Of a DNA stretch of 27,024 nt, positions 14,750 to 22,638 are shown piece by piece (positions within the stretch are counted from its first letter, which is position 1; each line of letters starts with the position of its first letter). Position numbers and translations under genes: made by a program. This DNA comes from Candidatus Sericytochromatia bacterium. Lineage in GTDB: Bacteria > Cyanobacteriota > Sericytochromatia > S15B-MN24 > UBA4093. The DNA is taken from positions 1-27,024 of the forward strand of contig JAKFBU010000075.1 in NCBI GenBank assembly GCA_036676985.1. The letters are read 5' to 3'. The notes beneath the pieces are model-generated. The model had not been told where the DNA came from and ran no database searches. It saw only the letters and a program-made list of their open reading frames with translations.

Positions 14750-16642
14750 TCAGGCGTCCGGTGCGGCGGGCAGGGTGAACCAGAAGACGCAGCCCTCGCC
14801 CGGACGGCTCTCGACGCCGATCTCCCCGCCGTGCCCCTCGACGATGGCCTTGCAGATCGAGAGGCCCAGGCCGCTGCCGCCCTTCTGCTTGCCGGCGGAG
14901 AGCTGGGAGAATTTCTGGAAGAGCCGCGGCAGGTCCTCAAGGGCGATGCCGGGGCCGGTGTCGCGGACCTCGACGCGCAGGCGATCGCCCTCCCGGAAGC
15001 CGCACACCGTCACGTGCCCGCCGGGCGGCGTGAACTTGATGGCGTTGCCCGCGAGGTTCAAGAGCACCTGGCCGAGCCGCTGCGGGTCCCCGAGCATGGG
15101 GAGGGCACCTTCGGCCGTGACCTCCAGCACGACGTGGCCCTTCTCGGCCTGCGGCACCAGGCTGCTCACCATCTTCTGGATCTTGTGGGCCAGGTCGATG
15201 GGTTCCGAGCGCAGCTCGAAGGTTCCCGCCTGGATGCGCGCGAAGTCCAACAGGTCGTCGACCAGGCGGGTGAGGCGCAGGGCGGCCCGGTCGATCTCTC
15301 CGACGAACTCGGCGTGCTGGGGGCTGAGCTCGCCGCCGATGCCGTCCTCCATGAACTCGAGGTAGCCGCGGATGCTCGTGAGCGGCGTGCGCAGCTCGTG
15401 GGAGACGGCGTTGACGAAGTCGTTCTTGAGGCGATCCAGCTGCTTGAGCTGCTCGTACTGCTCGTGGAAAGCCGCTTCGAGGCGATTGCGCTCCGTGATG
15501 TCGCGCGTGATGACGACGATGCCCTGGATGGACTCCTCGCGGACGTAGGGGTACTTGATCGAGAAGTAGGTGCGCGGCCCGAGCGGGGTCGCGACCGTGA
15601 TCTCGTAAGCCTCGCCCTGCCCCGTCGCCAGGATCCGCTCGTCGATGGCGGTGATCCGCCGGGCCGTCTCCGGGTCGTAGAGGTCCGCGTCCGTGCGCCC
15701 GAGGGCCGTCTCGACCGTATTGCCCGAGATGGCCGCGCCCGCGGCGTTGATGAGCAGGTAGCGGCCTTGCAGGTCCTTGATCCAGATGCCGTCGGAGGCG
15801 TTGTGAACGATGGCGCCGAGCCTGGCCTCGCTCTCGCGCAGGGCGGCCTCGAGTCGGAGCGGCTCGGTGACGTCCTGGATGGTGCCCACCACCTGGAAGG
15901 GGCGACCGTCGGGACCCCGCCGGACCCTGCCGCGGCAGTGCAGCGTCCGCACCAGGCCGTCCGGCCGCACGATGCGCGTGTAATAGGTGAAGGGCTCGCC
16001 GTCGGCCAGGGCGCGCTCGATCACGGACTGCACGTGGGATTGGTAGGACTCGTGAATGATCTGCAGGTAGCCCTCGTAGCTCGGCGTGTACCGGTCCGGC
16101 TCCTGCCCGGCGATCCGGTAGAGCTCGTCGGACCATGTGACCCGGTTGCTGGCCAGGTCCCAGGTCCAGCTGCCGATGTGCGCGAGGCGCTCCACCTCCG
16201 CGCGCTGCAGCTCATGCTGGCGGTCCTTGGCTTCCGCAGCCACGCGGAGGCTGATGTCGCGGACGACCAGGACGAGGTAGGCATCGGCTTGACCCTCGAG
16301 GGGGGCCACGCTGATCTCGACGGGCAAGCGACGGCCGTCGGGTCGTACGGCCAGACCCTCCAGGAGGGGGCTGTCGGCGGCCGCGAGGCTCGTCAGCGTC
16401 TGGTCCGGCAAGAGGTGATCGAGGCATAAGCCCGCGGCCTCGCCGGAGCTCAGTCCGAACATGCGCTCGGCGGCGGGGCTCAAAAGCGCCACCCGCTCCG
16501 ACGCGCGCTCGATCAGCAAGAGGGCGTCCGGGAGGACCCGGAACAGCACACCGAAGCCCAGGTCCGATGGCACCAGCAACCGATCGGATGATGATGCCCG
16601 ATCGGTCCGTGATTCGGCTGGGCTCCCGTGTTGATGCCTCAT
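14750..16642 (-). CDS. Cytoplasmic triple-PAS sensor histidine kinase
   Basis: Three PAS/PAC domains. H-box VSHELRTPL, N-box QVLLNLAGNAIKF, G1 DTGPGI, G2 GSGLGLSIC. No TM helices. Confidence 0.95.
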   Translation of the reverse strand: MRHQHGSPAESRTDRASSSDRLLVPSDLGFGVLFRVLPDALLLIERASERVALLSPAAERMFGLSSGEAAGLCLDHLLPDQTLTSLAAADSPLLEGLAVRPDGRRLPVEISVAPLEGQADAYLVLVVRDISLRVAAEAKDRQHELQRAEVERLAHIGSWTWDLASNRVTWSDELYRIAGQEPDRYTPSYEGYLQIIHESYQSHVQSVIERALADGEPFTYYTRIVRPDGLVRTLHCRGRVRRGPDGRPFQVVGTIQDVTEPLRLEAALRESEARLGAIVHNASDGIWIKDLQGRYLLINAAGAAISGNTVETALGRTDADLYDPETARRITAIDERILATGQGEAYEITVATPLGPRTYFSIKYPYVREESIQGIVVITRDITERNRLEAAFHEQYEQLKQLDRLKNDFVNAVSHELRTPLTSIRGYLEFMEDGIGGELSPQHAEFVGEIDRAALRLTRLVDDLLDFARIQAGTFELRSEPIDLAHKIQKMVSSLVPQAEKGHVVLEVTAEGALPMLGDPQRLGQVLLNLAGNAIKFTPPGGHVTVCGFREGDRLRVEVRDTGPGIALEDLPRLFQKFSQLSAGKQKGGSGLGLSICKAIVEGHGGEIGVESRPGEGCVFWFTLPAAPDA

Positions 16643-16648
16643 GAGCCT

Positions 16649-16677
16649 ATCGTCGCACGCGAAACCTGCGCTGTCAA
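16649..16677 (-). promoter_or_regulatory. Sigma70 promoter TTGACA-N17-GACGAT for the kinase
   Basis: Perfect -35 overlapping the PKS stop codon. The -10 ends 6 nt before ATG 16642. Confidence 0.55.
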
Positions 16678-17744
16678 AGCAAATTCGTCGCTAAGTCGGA
16701 TCTCCCGCCGTGTCCCCAGCGAAGCAAGCAGGCCTCCATGGTCAGCCCCGGGCCGAAGGCCATCATGACGGCGTACTCGCCGGGCTTGGGACGGCTGGTC
16801 CGCATGAGGTCGTCGAGCACGAACAGCACGGTGGGCGAGCTCATGTTGCCGTAGTCGCGCAGGACGCGCCGCGACGAGGCCACCTGCTCGTCCGTGAGGC
16901 CGAGGCCTTGTTGCAGGTGGTCGATGATCTTGCGGCCGCCCGGATGGATCCCCCAGTGCCGCACGTCGGCGGGCGATAGCCCGTTGCGGGAGAGCAGGCC
17001 GCGCAGGAGGTCCTCGACCTTGGTGCCGAGAATCTGGGGCACGTAGCTGGACAGGAACATCTTGAAGCCGTTGTCGGTGAGTGAGAACGTCATGTGCTCG
17101 GCCGTGTCGTACTGCGTGAGCGTCTCGGCGTCCACCACCGCGAGGCTCCCCTCGCCCTCGAGCAGCACGGCGGCGGCCCCGTCCGCGAAGAGCGCGCAGC
17201 TCACGACGTGGTCGTCGCTGCCGCCCGGCTGGAAGTGCAGCGAGCAGAGCTCGACGGCCACCATGAGCGATCGACTGCCCTTTTTGGCGAGGACCGCGTC
17301 GCGCGCCCGCGCGAGCCCCGGAAACGCCGCGTAGCATCCCATGCCGAGCACGCAGGTGCGCCGCACGTCCGGCCGCATGCCGAGCTCCTTGGCGAGCGTC
17401 AGGTCGAGCCCCGGGATCTCGTAGCCCGTACACGAGACCACCACGAAGGTGTCCACGTCCTGGGCCGCAAGGCCCGCGTTGTCCAGGCAACGCCGACAGG
17501 CCTCGGCCGCGAGCCGGTGGGCCTCGGCGACGTAGACCTCGTTGCGCGCCTGGGTGCTTGGGTTGGCGAGGATGAAACCGGGGTCGGCGAGCACGCTGTG
17601 CCGGGTGGCGATCGCCGAGCGCTCGAAGATGGCCCGCGCCTTGGAGTCGGGCCCGTGCTCCCGGCCGAACAGCAGCGCGAAGATCTCGCCCTGGTCGTAG
17701 CGGTGCGGGGGGACGGCGGTCGCGAGGCTGGTGATGTGGGTCAA
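16674..17744 (-). CDS. Type III polyketide synthase (chalcone-synthase-like, 356 aa)
   Basis: TTG start at 17744 after AGGAGG, with a TTGA overlap with the upstream stop. Catalytic triad GMGCYAA, WGIHPGG, YGNMSS; also ALFADGAAA and AFGPGLT. Confidence 0.95.
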   Translation of the reverse strand: MTHITSLATAVPPHRYDQGEIFALLFGREHGPDSKARAIFERSAIATRHSVLADPGFILANPSTQARNEVYVAEAHRLAAEACRRCLDNAGLAAQDVDTFVVVSCTGYEIPGLDLTLAKELGMRPDVRRTCVLGMGCYAAFPGLARARDAVLAKKGSRSLMVAVELCSLHFQPGGSDDHVVSCALFADGAAAVLLEGEGSLAVVDAETLTQYDTAEHMTFSLTDNGFKMFLSSYVPQILGTKVEDLLRGLLSRNGLSPADVRHWGIHPGGRKIIDHLQQGLGLTDEQVASSRRVLRDYGNMSSPTVLFVLDDLMRTSRPKPGEYAVMMAFGPGLTMEACLLRWGHGGRSDLATNLL

Positions 17745-18985
17745 GGGATCCTCCTGTCGGGTATCGGCGCCGGGCGGCTCGTTGCATGCCAGGTCCTGGG
17801 GGAGACCGTGAGCCGGGCGAGGTCGGAGAAGAAGCGCTGGGCGGGCAGGATGGCCCCCTGGTATCCCGCCATGCGGCTCGCCAGATCCGGGTGGTGGGCG
17901 AGGGCGCGCACGGCGAGGTTGACGGCGGCCTCGCTGCGGGTCAGGGCGACCACCGCCCGTACGAAGCGGTAGGTCCAGTCGAACTCGCGCGCCATGCCCC
18001 GGCGATAGCCCGCGAGGGCCTCGCGCGAGGTGGCGCCCTGGGCGAGGGCGAGGGCGAGCACGCTCGCGGCGAGCTCGGCGCTGCGCAGGGCGCGGTACAT
18101 GCCCTCGCCCGTGAGGGGATCGAAGAACCCCGTGCAGTCGCCGATGGCCACCAGGCCGTCCGCGGGGACGGGATCGCCCCGGTAGGGATCCAGCGTGAGC
18201 CCCTTGAGGGCAGTGAGGGGCTGGGCGCCCGAGAGCCGCTCGGCGAGCGCCGGATCCTGTTTCAGCAGGCGGAAGAAGCCCTCCATGGGCGGGGTGCCGA
18301 GGATGTCGGGCGCAAGGCCCGTCAGGACCGCCGAGACGGCGGCCCGCTCTCCGCCCTGCGGACTGAGGACGGTCTGGATCGGGGCGCTCCGGACCGTGAG
18401 CTCCAGGAGGTCCGAGAGCCCCCGCACGCCGTCGAAGGTCGCGACGAAGACCCGGCGCCGGCGCGCGGCGGGCCGGGGCGATCGCGCGAGGTGCGGGTGC
18501 AGCTTGCTGAAGCGTCCCTCGGCGAGCAGGACGGCCCGGGCACGCACGGGCCCGTCCTTGGTCCGGATACCCGCACACCGGTCGCCGTCCCAGAGGAGCT
18601 CCACGGCCTCGGTCCGCTCGCGAAACTCGGCGCCGGCGCGCACGGCCGCCTGGATGAGCACGGGATCGAAGGCGAGCCGCGGCACGGACAGGCCGTAGTC
18701 GGGCAGGTCGGGCAGCCGAGGATAGCGGCCCTCGCAGGCCAGCCCCTCCGGCGAGTGGATCCGGACGCCGCCGAGCCGGAAGGCCATGGCCTCGATCTCG
18801 GCGAGCACGCCGAGGCGCTCGAGGATCGGGGCGGCCGCCGGACTGAGGGCCTCGCCGCAGATCTTGTCGCGGGGAAAGGCCGCCTTGTCGAGCAGCAGCG
18901 TGCGATGACCGCTCCCGGCAAGGAGGGTCGCCGCGGCGGAGCCCGCCGGCCCGGCGCCCACGATGATGAGGTCGAAATCGTGCAT
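17741..18985 (-). CDS. FAD-dependent oxidoreductase, geranylgeranyl-reductase/aromatic hydroxylase family
   Basis: IIVGAGPAG, FPRDKICGE, IGDCTGFFDPLTGEGMYRAL. Start is ATG 18985 (or 19039). Confidence 0.9.
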   Translation of the reverse strand: MHDFDLIIVGAGPAGSAAATLLAGSGHRTLLLDKAAFPRDKICGEALSPAAAPILERLGVLAEIEAMAFRLGGVRIHSPEGLACEGRYPRLPDLPDYGLSVPRLAFDPVLIQAAVRAGAEFRERTEAVELLWDGDRCAGIRTKDGPVRARAVLLAEGRFSKLHPHLARSPRPAARRRRVFVATFDGVRGLSDLLELTVRSAPIQTVLSPQGGERAAVSAVLTGLAPDILGTPPMEGFFRLLKQDPALAERLSGAQPLTALKGLTLDPYRGDPVPADGLVAIGDCTGFFDPLTGEGMYRALRSAELAASVLALALAQGATSREALAGYRRGMAREFDWTYRFVRAVVALTRSEAAVNLAVRALAHHPDLASRMAGYQGAILPAQRFFSDLARLTVSPRTWHATSRPAPIPDRRIP

Positions 18986-19041
18986 CGTCTTGCGTTGGCC
19001 TTCTTGTCCGACCGCCCCCGAGGCGGTAGCATACATCATAT

Positions 19042-19998
19042 ATGTTTACAAACAAAAATAAACGGCCCTTGAGTCTGGAGCAGCCGCTCTGCAACTTCTG
19101 CGGCCAATCGGACGCCGTCATCCTCTACGGCGCGCGGGACCACCTCTACACGATGGATCCGCGCGAGTTCCGGGTCATGCGCTGCTCATGCGGCCTGGTC
19201 TTCCTCTCGCCGCGCCCGGTGCGCCCGGACCTGCCCCGCGCCTATCCGCCGGAGTACTTCTGGAACGCCTTCGACGTGGTCCCGGTCGCGCGGCCGATGG
19301 ATGCCGTCTGGAACGCCTGGGCCACCCAGCTGGTCCGCCGCCGGGTGCGGTACCTGCGGCGCGCCCTCGGCGAGCTGCGGGGTCCGGTCCTCGACGTGGG
19401 CTGCGGGCGGGGACTCTTTTTGCGCGAGCTGCAAGGGCTCACCGGCTGGGAGGTCCACGGCGTCGACCTGCAGGAGAGCAACGTGCGCTTCCTCGCCGAG
19501 GAGCACCCCCAGGTGCGGGTCCACCATGCGGACTTTCTGGACTGGGCGGGGCCCGAGGGCGGTTTTGCGGCCGTGACCATGTGGCACCTCCTCGAGCACC
19601 TGCACGATCCGCGCCGGGCCCTGCGCCAGGCCCATGAGCTCCTCATGCCGGGCGGGGTCCTCGTGCTCGGCACGCAAAACTTCGAGGCCTTGAGCCGCAG
19701 GGTCATGAAGGAGCGCTGGACGCTCAACGACGTGCCCCGGCACCTGTACCACTTCACGGAGCCCACGCTGCGTCGGCATCTCGAGGCCGAGGGCTTCCAG
19801 GTGGCCTGGGTCTCCCACTTCACCGAGTTCTTCCCGACCCTGGGCGCTCACCTCTTCGCCGAGTCCATCCTCGACGAGCGGCGGCAGGTGAGGCCGTTGC
19901 GCGGCCTGCTCGCCAACGTCGCCATGAGCCCCTTGGAGGCCGTGGCGGTCCTCATGCGGCGCGGCTGCCTCATGACGCTCGCCGCCCGCAGGGTCTAG
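19042..19998 (+). CDS. Class I SAM-dependent methyltransferase with N-terminal zinc ribbon
   Basis: CNFC...CSCGLVFLSPRP, VLDVGCGRG, VTMWHLLEHLHDP, PRHLYHF. Start is ambiguous (ATG 19042 or TTG 19069). Confidence 0.9.
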   Translation: MFTNKNKRPLSLEQPLCNFCGQSDAVILYGARDHLYTMDPREFRVMRCSCGLVFLSPRPVRPDLPRAYPPEYFWNAFDVVPVARPMDAVWNAWATQLVRRRVRYLRRALGELRGPVLDVGCGRGLFLRELQGLTGWEVHGVDLQESNVRFLAEEHPQVRVHHADFLDWAGPEGGFAAVTMWHLLEHLHDPRRALRQAHELLMPGGVLVLGTQNFEALSRRVMKERWTLNDVPRHLYHFTEPTLRRHLEAEGFQVAWVSHFTEFFPTLGAHLFAESILDERRQVRPLRGLLANVAMSPLEAVAVLMRRGCLMTLAARRV

Positions 19999-20011
19999 CA
20001 AGGAGGCGCGC

Positions 20012-21253
20012 GTGATCGGCCATCGCCTGTCCGAGGGGCTCGCGGACGAGTTCCGGCGCGTCCGCGCGCGCACCGAGGGGATCTTCGACCGGGTGGCGCC
20101 CGAGGCCTTCTACGAGCGGCCGATTCCGCTCAGGCATCCGATCGTCTTCTATGCGGGCCACCTGGACGCGTTCAACGACACCCGCCTGCAGCGCCGGCTG
20201 GGGCTCGCCTCGCTGGACCCGGTCCTGGACAGGCTATTCGAGCGCGGGATCGATCCGACGGACGCCGCCGCCGCCGCGCGGCATCGGGTGGCGGCCTGGC
20301 CCTCGCGCGAGGAGGTGCGCGCCTACACTGGGCGCCTGCGCGATCGCCTCTTCACGAGTCTAGAGGGGGTGCGATCGCCCGAGGAGGCGGATCTGTACCG
20401 GCTGCTCCTCGAGCATGAGCTCATGCACCAGGAGACGCTGCTCTACATGCTGCATCAGCTGCCCTACGAGCTGAAGCGCCCGCCCACGGACATTGCTCCC
20501 TTGCCCGCGGGGCGAGTCCGGCCCGGCCGGATGGTCGAGGTGCCGGAGGGTGTGGCGGTGCTCGGGCAGTCGCAGGGCTTCGGCTGGGACAACGAGTTTC
20601 CGCGTCACGAGGTGGCCGTACCGGCCTTTGCCATGGACGCGACGAACGTCACCAACGGCGACTTTTTGGCCTTCGTGGACGCGGGGGGCTATCGGCGACG
20701 GGAGTTCTGGACGGACCGCACCTGGGCGTGGCAGGCCGAGCGCGGGGTGGAGCATCCCCCTTACTGGCGCCGGGTGGGCGGCGAGTGGCGGTTGCGCGGG
20801 ATGTTCGCCGAGACCGAGCTCTATTGGGATCATCCGGTGGTCGTGACGCACGCGGAGGCGTCGGCGTACGCGCGGTACGTGGGCAAGGAGTTGCCGAGCG
20901 AGGCGGAGTGGCACCGGGCGGCGGGCGATGTTCCGGTATCGGTGGGCAACTTCGACTTCCGGCACTGGTCGAGCGTGCCGGTGGGGGCGTATCCGCCGGG
21001 CGCGCACGGGGTGCACGACCTGGTGGGCAACGGCTGGGAGTGGACGCGTACGCCGTTCGGGCCCTTCGAGGGCTTCGTGCCGTCGGAGGTGTACCCCGAG
21101 TTCTCGGCGGATTTCTTCGACGGGGCGCACTACGTCATGAAGGGGGCGTCCTGGTTCACGGACCGGAGCCTGGTGCGGCCGTCGCTGAGGAACTGGTTCT
21201 ACTGGCACTACCCGTACATGTACGCGACGTTTCGGTGCGTTTCCCGGTCGTGA
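20012..21253 (+). CDS. egtB: Iron-dependent sulfoxide synthase (DinB_2 + FGE-sulfatase), EgtB/Egt1/OvoA family
   Basis: Iron ligands FYAGH and EHELMHQE. FGE motifs FGWDNEFPRH, LPSEAEW, DLVGNGWEWT, RNWF. AAGGAGG SD + GTG. egtD is adjacent. Confidence 0.85.
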   Translation: MIGHRLSEGLADEFRRVRARTEGIFDRVAPEAFYERPIPLRHPIVFYAGHLDAFNDTRLQRRLGLASLDPVLDRLFERGIDPTDAAAAARHRVAAWPSREEVRAYTGRLRDRLFTSLEGVRSPEEADLYRLLLEHELMHQETLLYMLHQLPYELKRPPTDIAPLPAGRVRPGRMVEVPEGVAVLGQSQGFGWDNEFPRHEVAVPAFAMDATNVTNGDFLAFVDAGGYRRREFWTDRTWAWQAERGVEHPPYWRRVGGEWRLRGMFAETELYWDHPVVVTHAEASAYARYVGKELPSEAEWHRAAGDVPVSVGNFDFRHWSSVPVGAYPPGAHGVHDLVGNGWEWTRTPFGPFEGFVPSEVYPEFSADFFDGAHYVMKGASWFTDRSLVRPSLRNWFYWHYPYMYATFRCVSRS

Positions 21254-21277
21254 CTCACCCTGCACCCACAACAATTT

Positions 21278-21416
21278 CCCCCCTTTGCCGATAGGCAAGG
21301 GGGGGCTAGGGGGGGTGCTCCTCCAGTGCATGACGACCACGTGAGTTGCCGGGAGTGGCAGCGCAAGACGATTAACAAGGCGGACCCCCCCAACCCCCCC
21401 TGCTTCGCAAGGGGGG
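21278..21416. repeat. Inverted pair of C6-hairpin-G7-N2/3-G7 REP-like elements between convergent egtB and egtD
   Basis: Copy 1 (21278-21316) is CCCCCCTTTGCCGATAGGCAAGGGGGGGCTAGGGGGGGT. Copy 2 (21384-21416) read on the minus strand is CCCCCCTTGCGAAGCAGGGGGGGTTGGGGGGGT. Confidence 0.7.
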
Positions 21417-21465
21417 CTTTCGATGGCTGGGGGGGGGGCAGGGGTTGGTGATTGTTGTGGGAGGG

Positions 21466-22518
21466 CTACCCTTCCCGCTTGAACAACATCAGGCTGAAAT
21501 CCTGCCGCTCGTCCGTCCAGTGCTGGACCGCCCGGAACTCCCGGTCCTCGAACCAGCCCGCCAGCTCGCTCGGATCGAAGCGCCGCGAGATCTCCGTCAG
21601 GATGCACTCGCCCGCCTGGAACTCGACCGTCAGGTCCAGGCCCTCGAGCCGCACCGCCTGCGCCTCCCGGCTCTCCAGGTACATCTCGATCTGGTGCTCC
21701 AGCGGGTTGTAATGCGCCCGGTGCGACCACGCCGCGGGCCGGAAGTCCGCGCCCAGCTCCCGGTTCATCCGGGCGAGCAGGTTCAGGTTGAAGCGCGCCG
21801 TCGTCCCCTGCGCGTCGTTGTAAGCCGCATGGATCCGGCTCACGGGCTTGCGGCCATGCGGCCGCCGATCGAAGCCCAGGAGCAGGTGGCTGCCGGGCGC
21901 CATGCACCCGGACAGGCGCTCGAAGAAGGCCTCCTGGTAAGTCGGCGTGAAGTTGCCGATCGTCCCGCCCAGGAAGAGCACCAGCCGCTGAGAGCTCGGC
22001 GGCAACATGTCCAGGGCGTCCTCGAACTGCCCGGCCAGCCCCATCACGCGCAGCGTCGGGTACTCCTCGACCAGCCGGCCGGCCGTCTCGAAAAGCATGC
22101 GCTGGCTCACGTCGATGGGCATGTAGGTGATCGACCGCCCACCCCCCGTGAACGCCTCGAGCAGGTGACGCGTCTTGGCCGACGAGCCGCTGCCGAGCTC
22201 CACGATCTCGGGGTTGCCGAGCGCTTGCGCCAGGAACGGCGCCACCCGCTGCAACAGGGCCGCCTCGGTCCGGGTCTGGTAGTACTCGTCGAGCCGGGTG
22301 ATCTCCTCGTAGAGGACCGATCCCGCCGCGTCGTAGAAGTAGGTCGGGGGGATGCAGCGGGGCTGCGTCTGGAGGCCCGCTGCGACCTCGGCGCGCATGC
22401 GCGCCGGGACATCGTCGTCCTGCAGCTTGAGGACCGAAAGGCGCGGTCCCGCACAGGACAGACACCCCTGCGCACCGCCTGCCTGAGCCGGAGTCGAGGT
22501 TTCGGGTTTGCCGATCAT
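21466..22518 (-). CDS. egtD: L-histidine N-alpha-trimethyltransferase
   Basis: IPPTYFYD..GS.LYEEITRLDEYYQTRTE, VELGSGSSAKT, FLGGTIGNF, AAYND..G.TA.FNLNLL, IEMYL, TEISRRF. Confidence 0.93.
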   Translation of the reverse strand: MIGKPETSTPAQAGGAQGCLSCAGPRLSVLKLQDDDVPARMRAEVAAGLQTQPRCIPPTYFYDAAGSVLYEEITRLDEYYQTRTEAALLQRVAPFLAQALGNPEIVELGSGSSAKTRHLLEAFTGGGRSITYMPIDVSQRMLFETAGRLVEEYPTLRVMGLAGQFEDALDMLPPSSQRLVLFLGGTIGNFTPTYQEAFFERLSGCMAPGSHLLLGFDRRPHGRKPVSRIHAAYNDAQGTTARFNLNLLARMNRELGADFRPAAWSHRAHYNPLEHQIEMYLESREAQAVRLEGLDLTVEFQAGECILTEISRRFDPSELAGWFEDREFRAVQHWTDERQDFSLMLFKREG

Positions 22519-22638
22519 GCGTCTCCCTTTCTGCCCCGCCGCGCGAACCCTTTGAGCGAGGGTTTTCTTGTCACTTTACATATGTTAATACAATTCCGTT
22601 AAGCCGAGAACAGGGTGCCTGAAAAGGGGGGCCGTCAC

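Noticed and set aside
17745-19121. Apparent 815-aa PKS fusion
   Set aside because: The N-terminal part is an off-frame reading of the oxidoreductase gene. An SD and TTG at 17744 define a normal-size type III PKS.
20012-21253. Selenoneine (senA) cluster or complete ovoA
   Set aside because: No senB or selD-like senC nearby and no fused C-terminal methyltransferase. The adjacent egtD favours an ergothioneine-type pathway.
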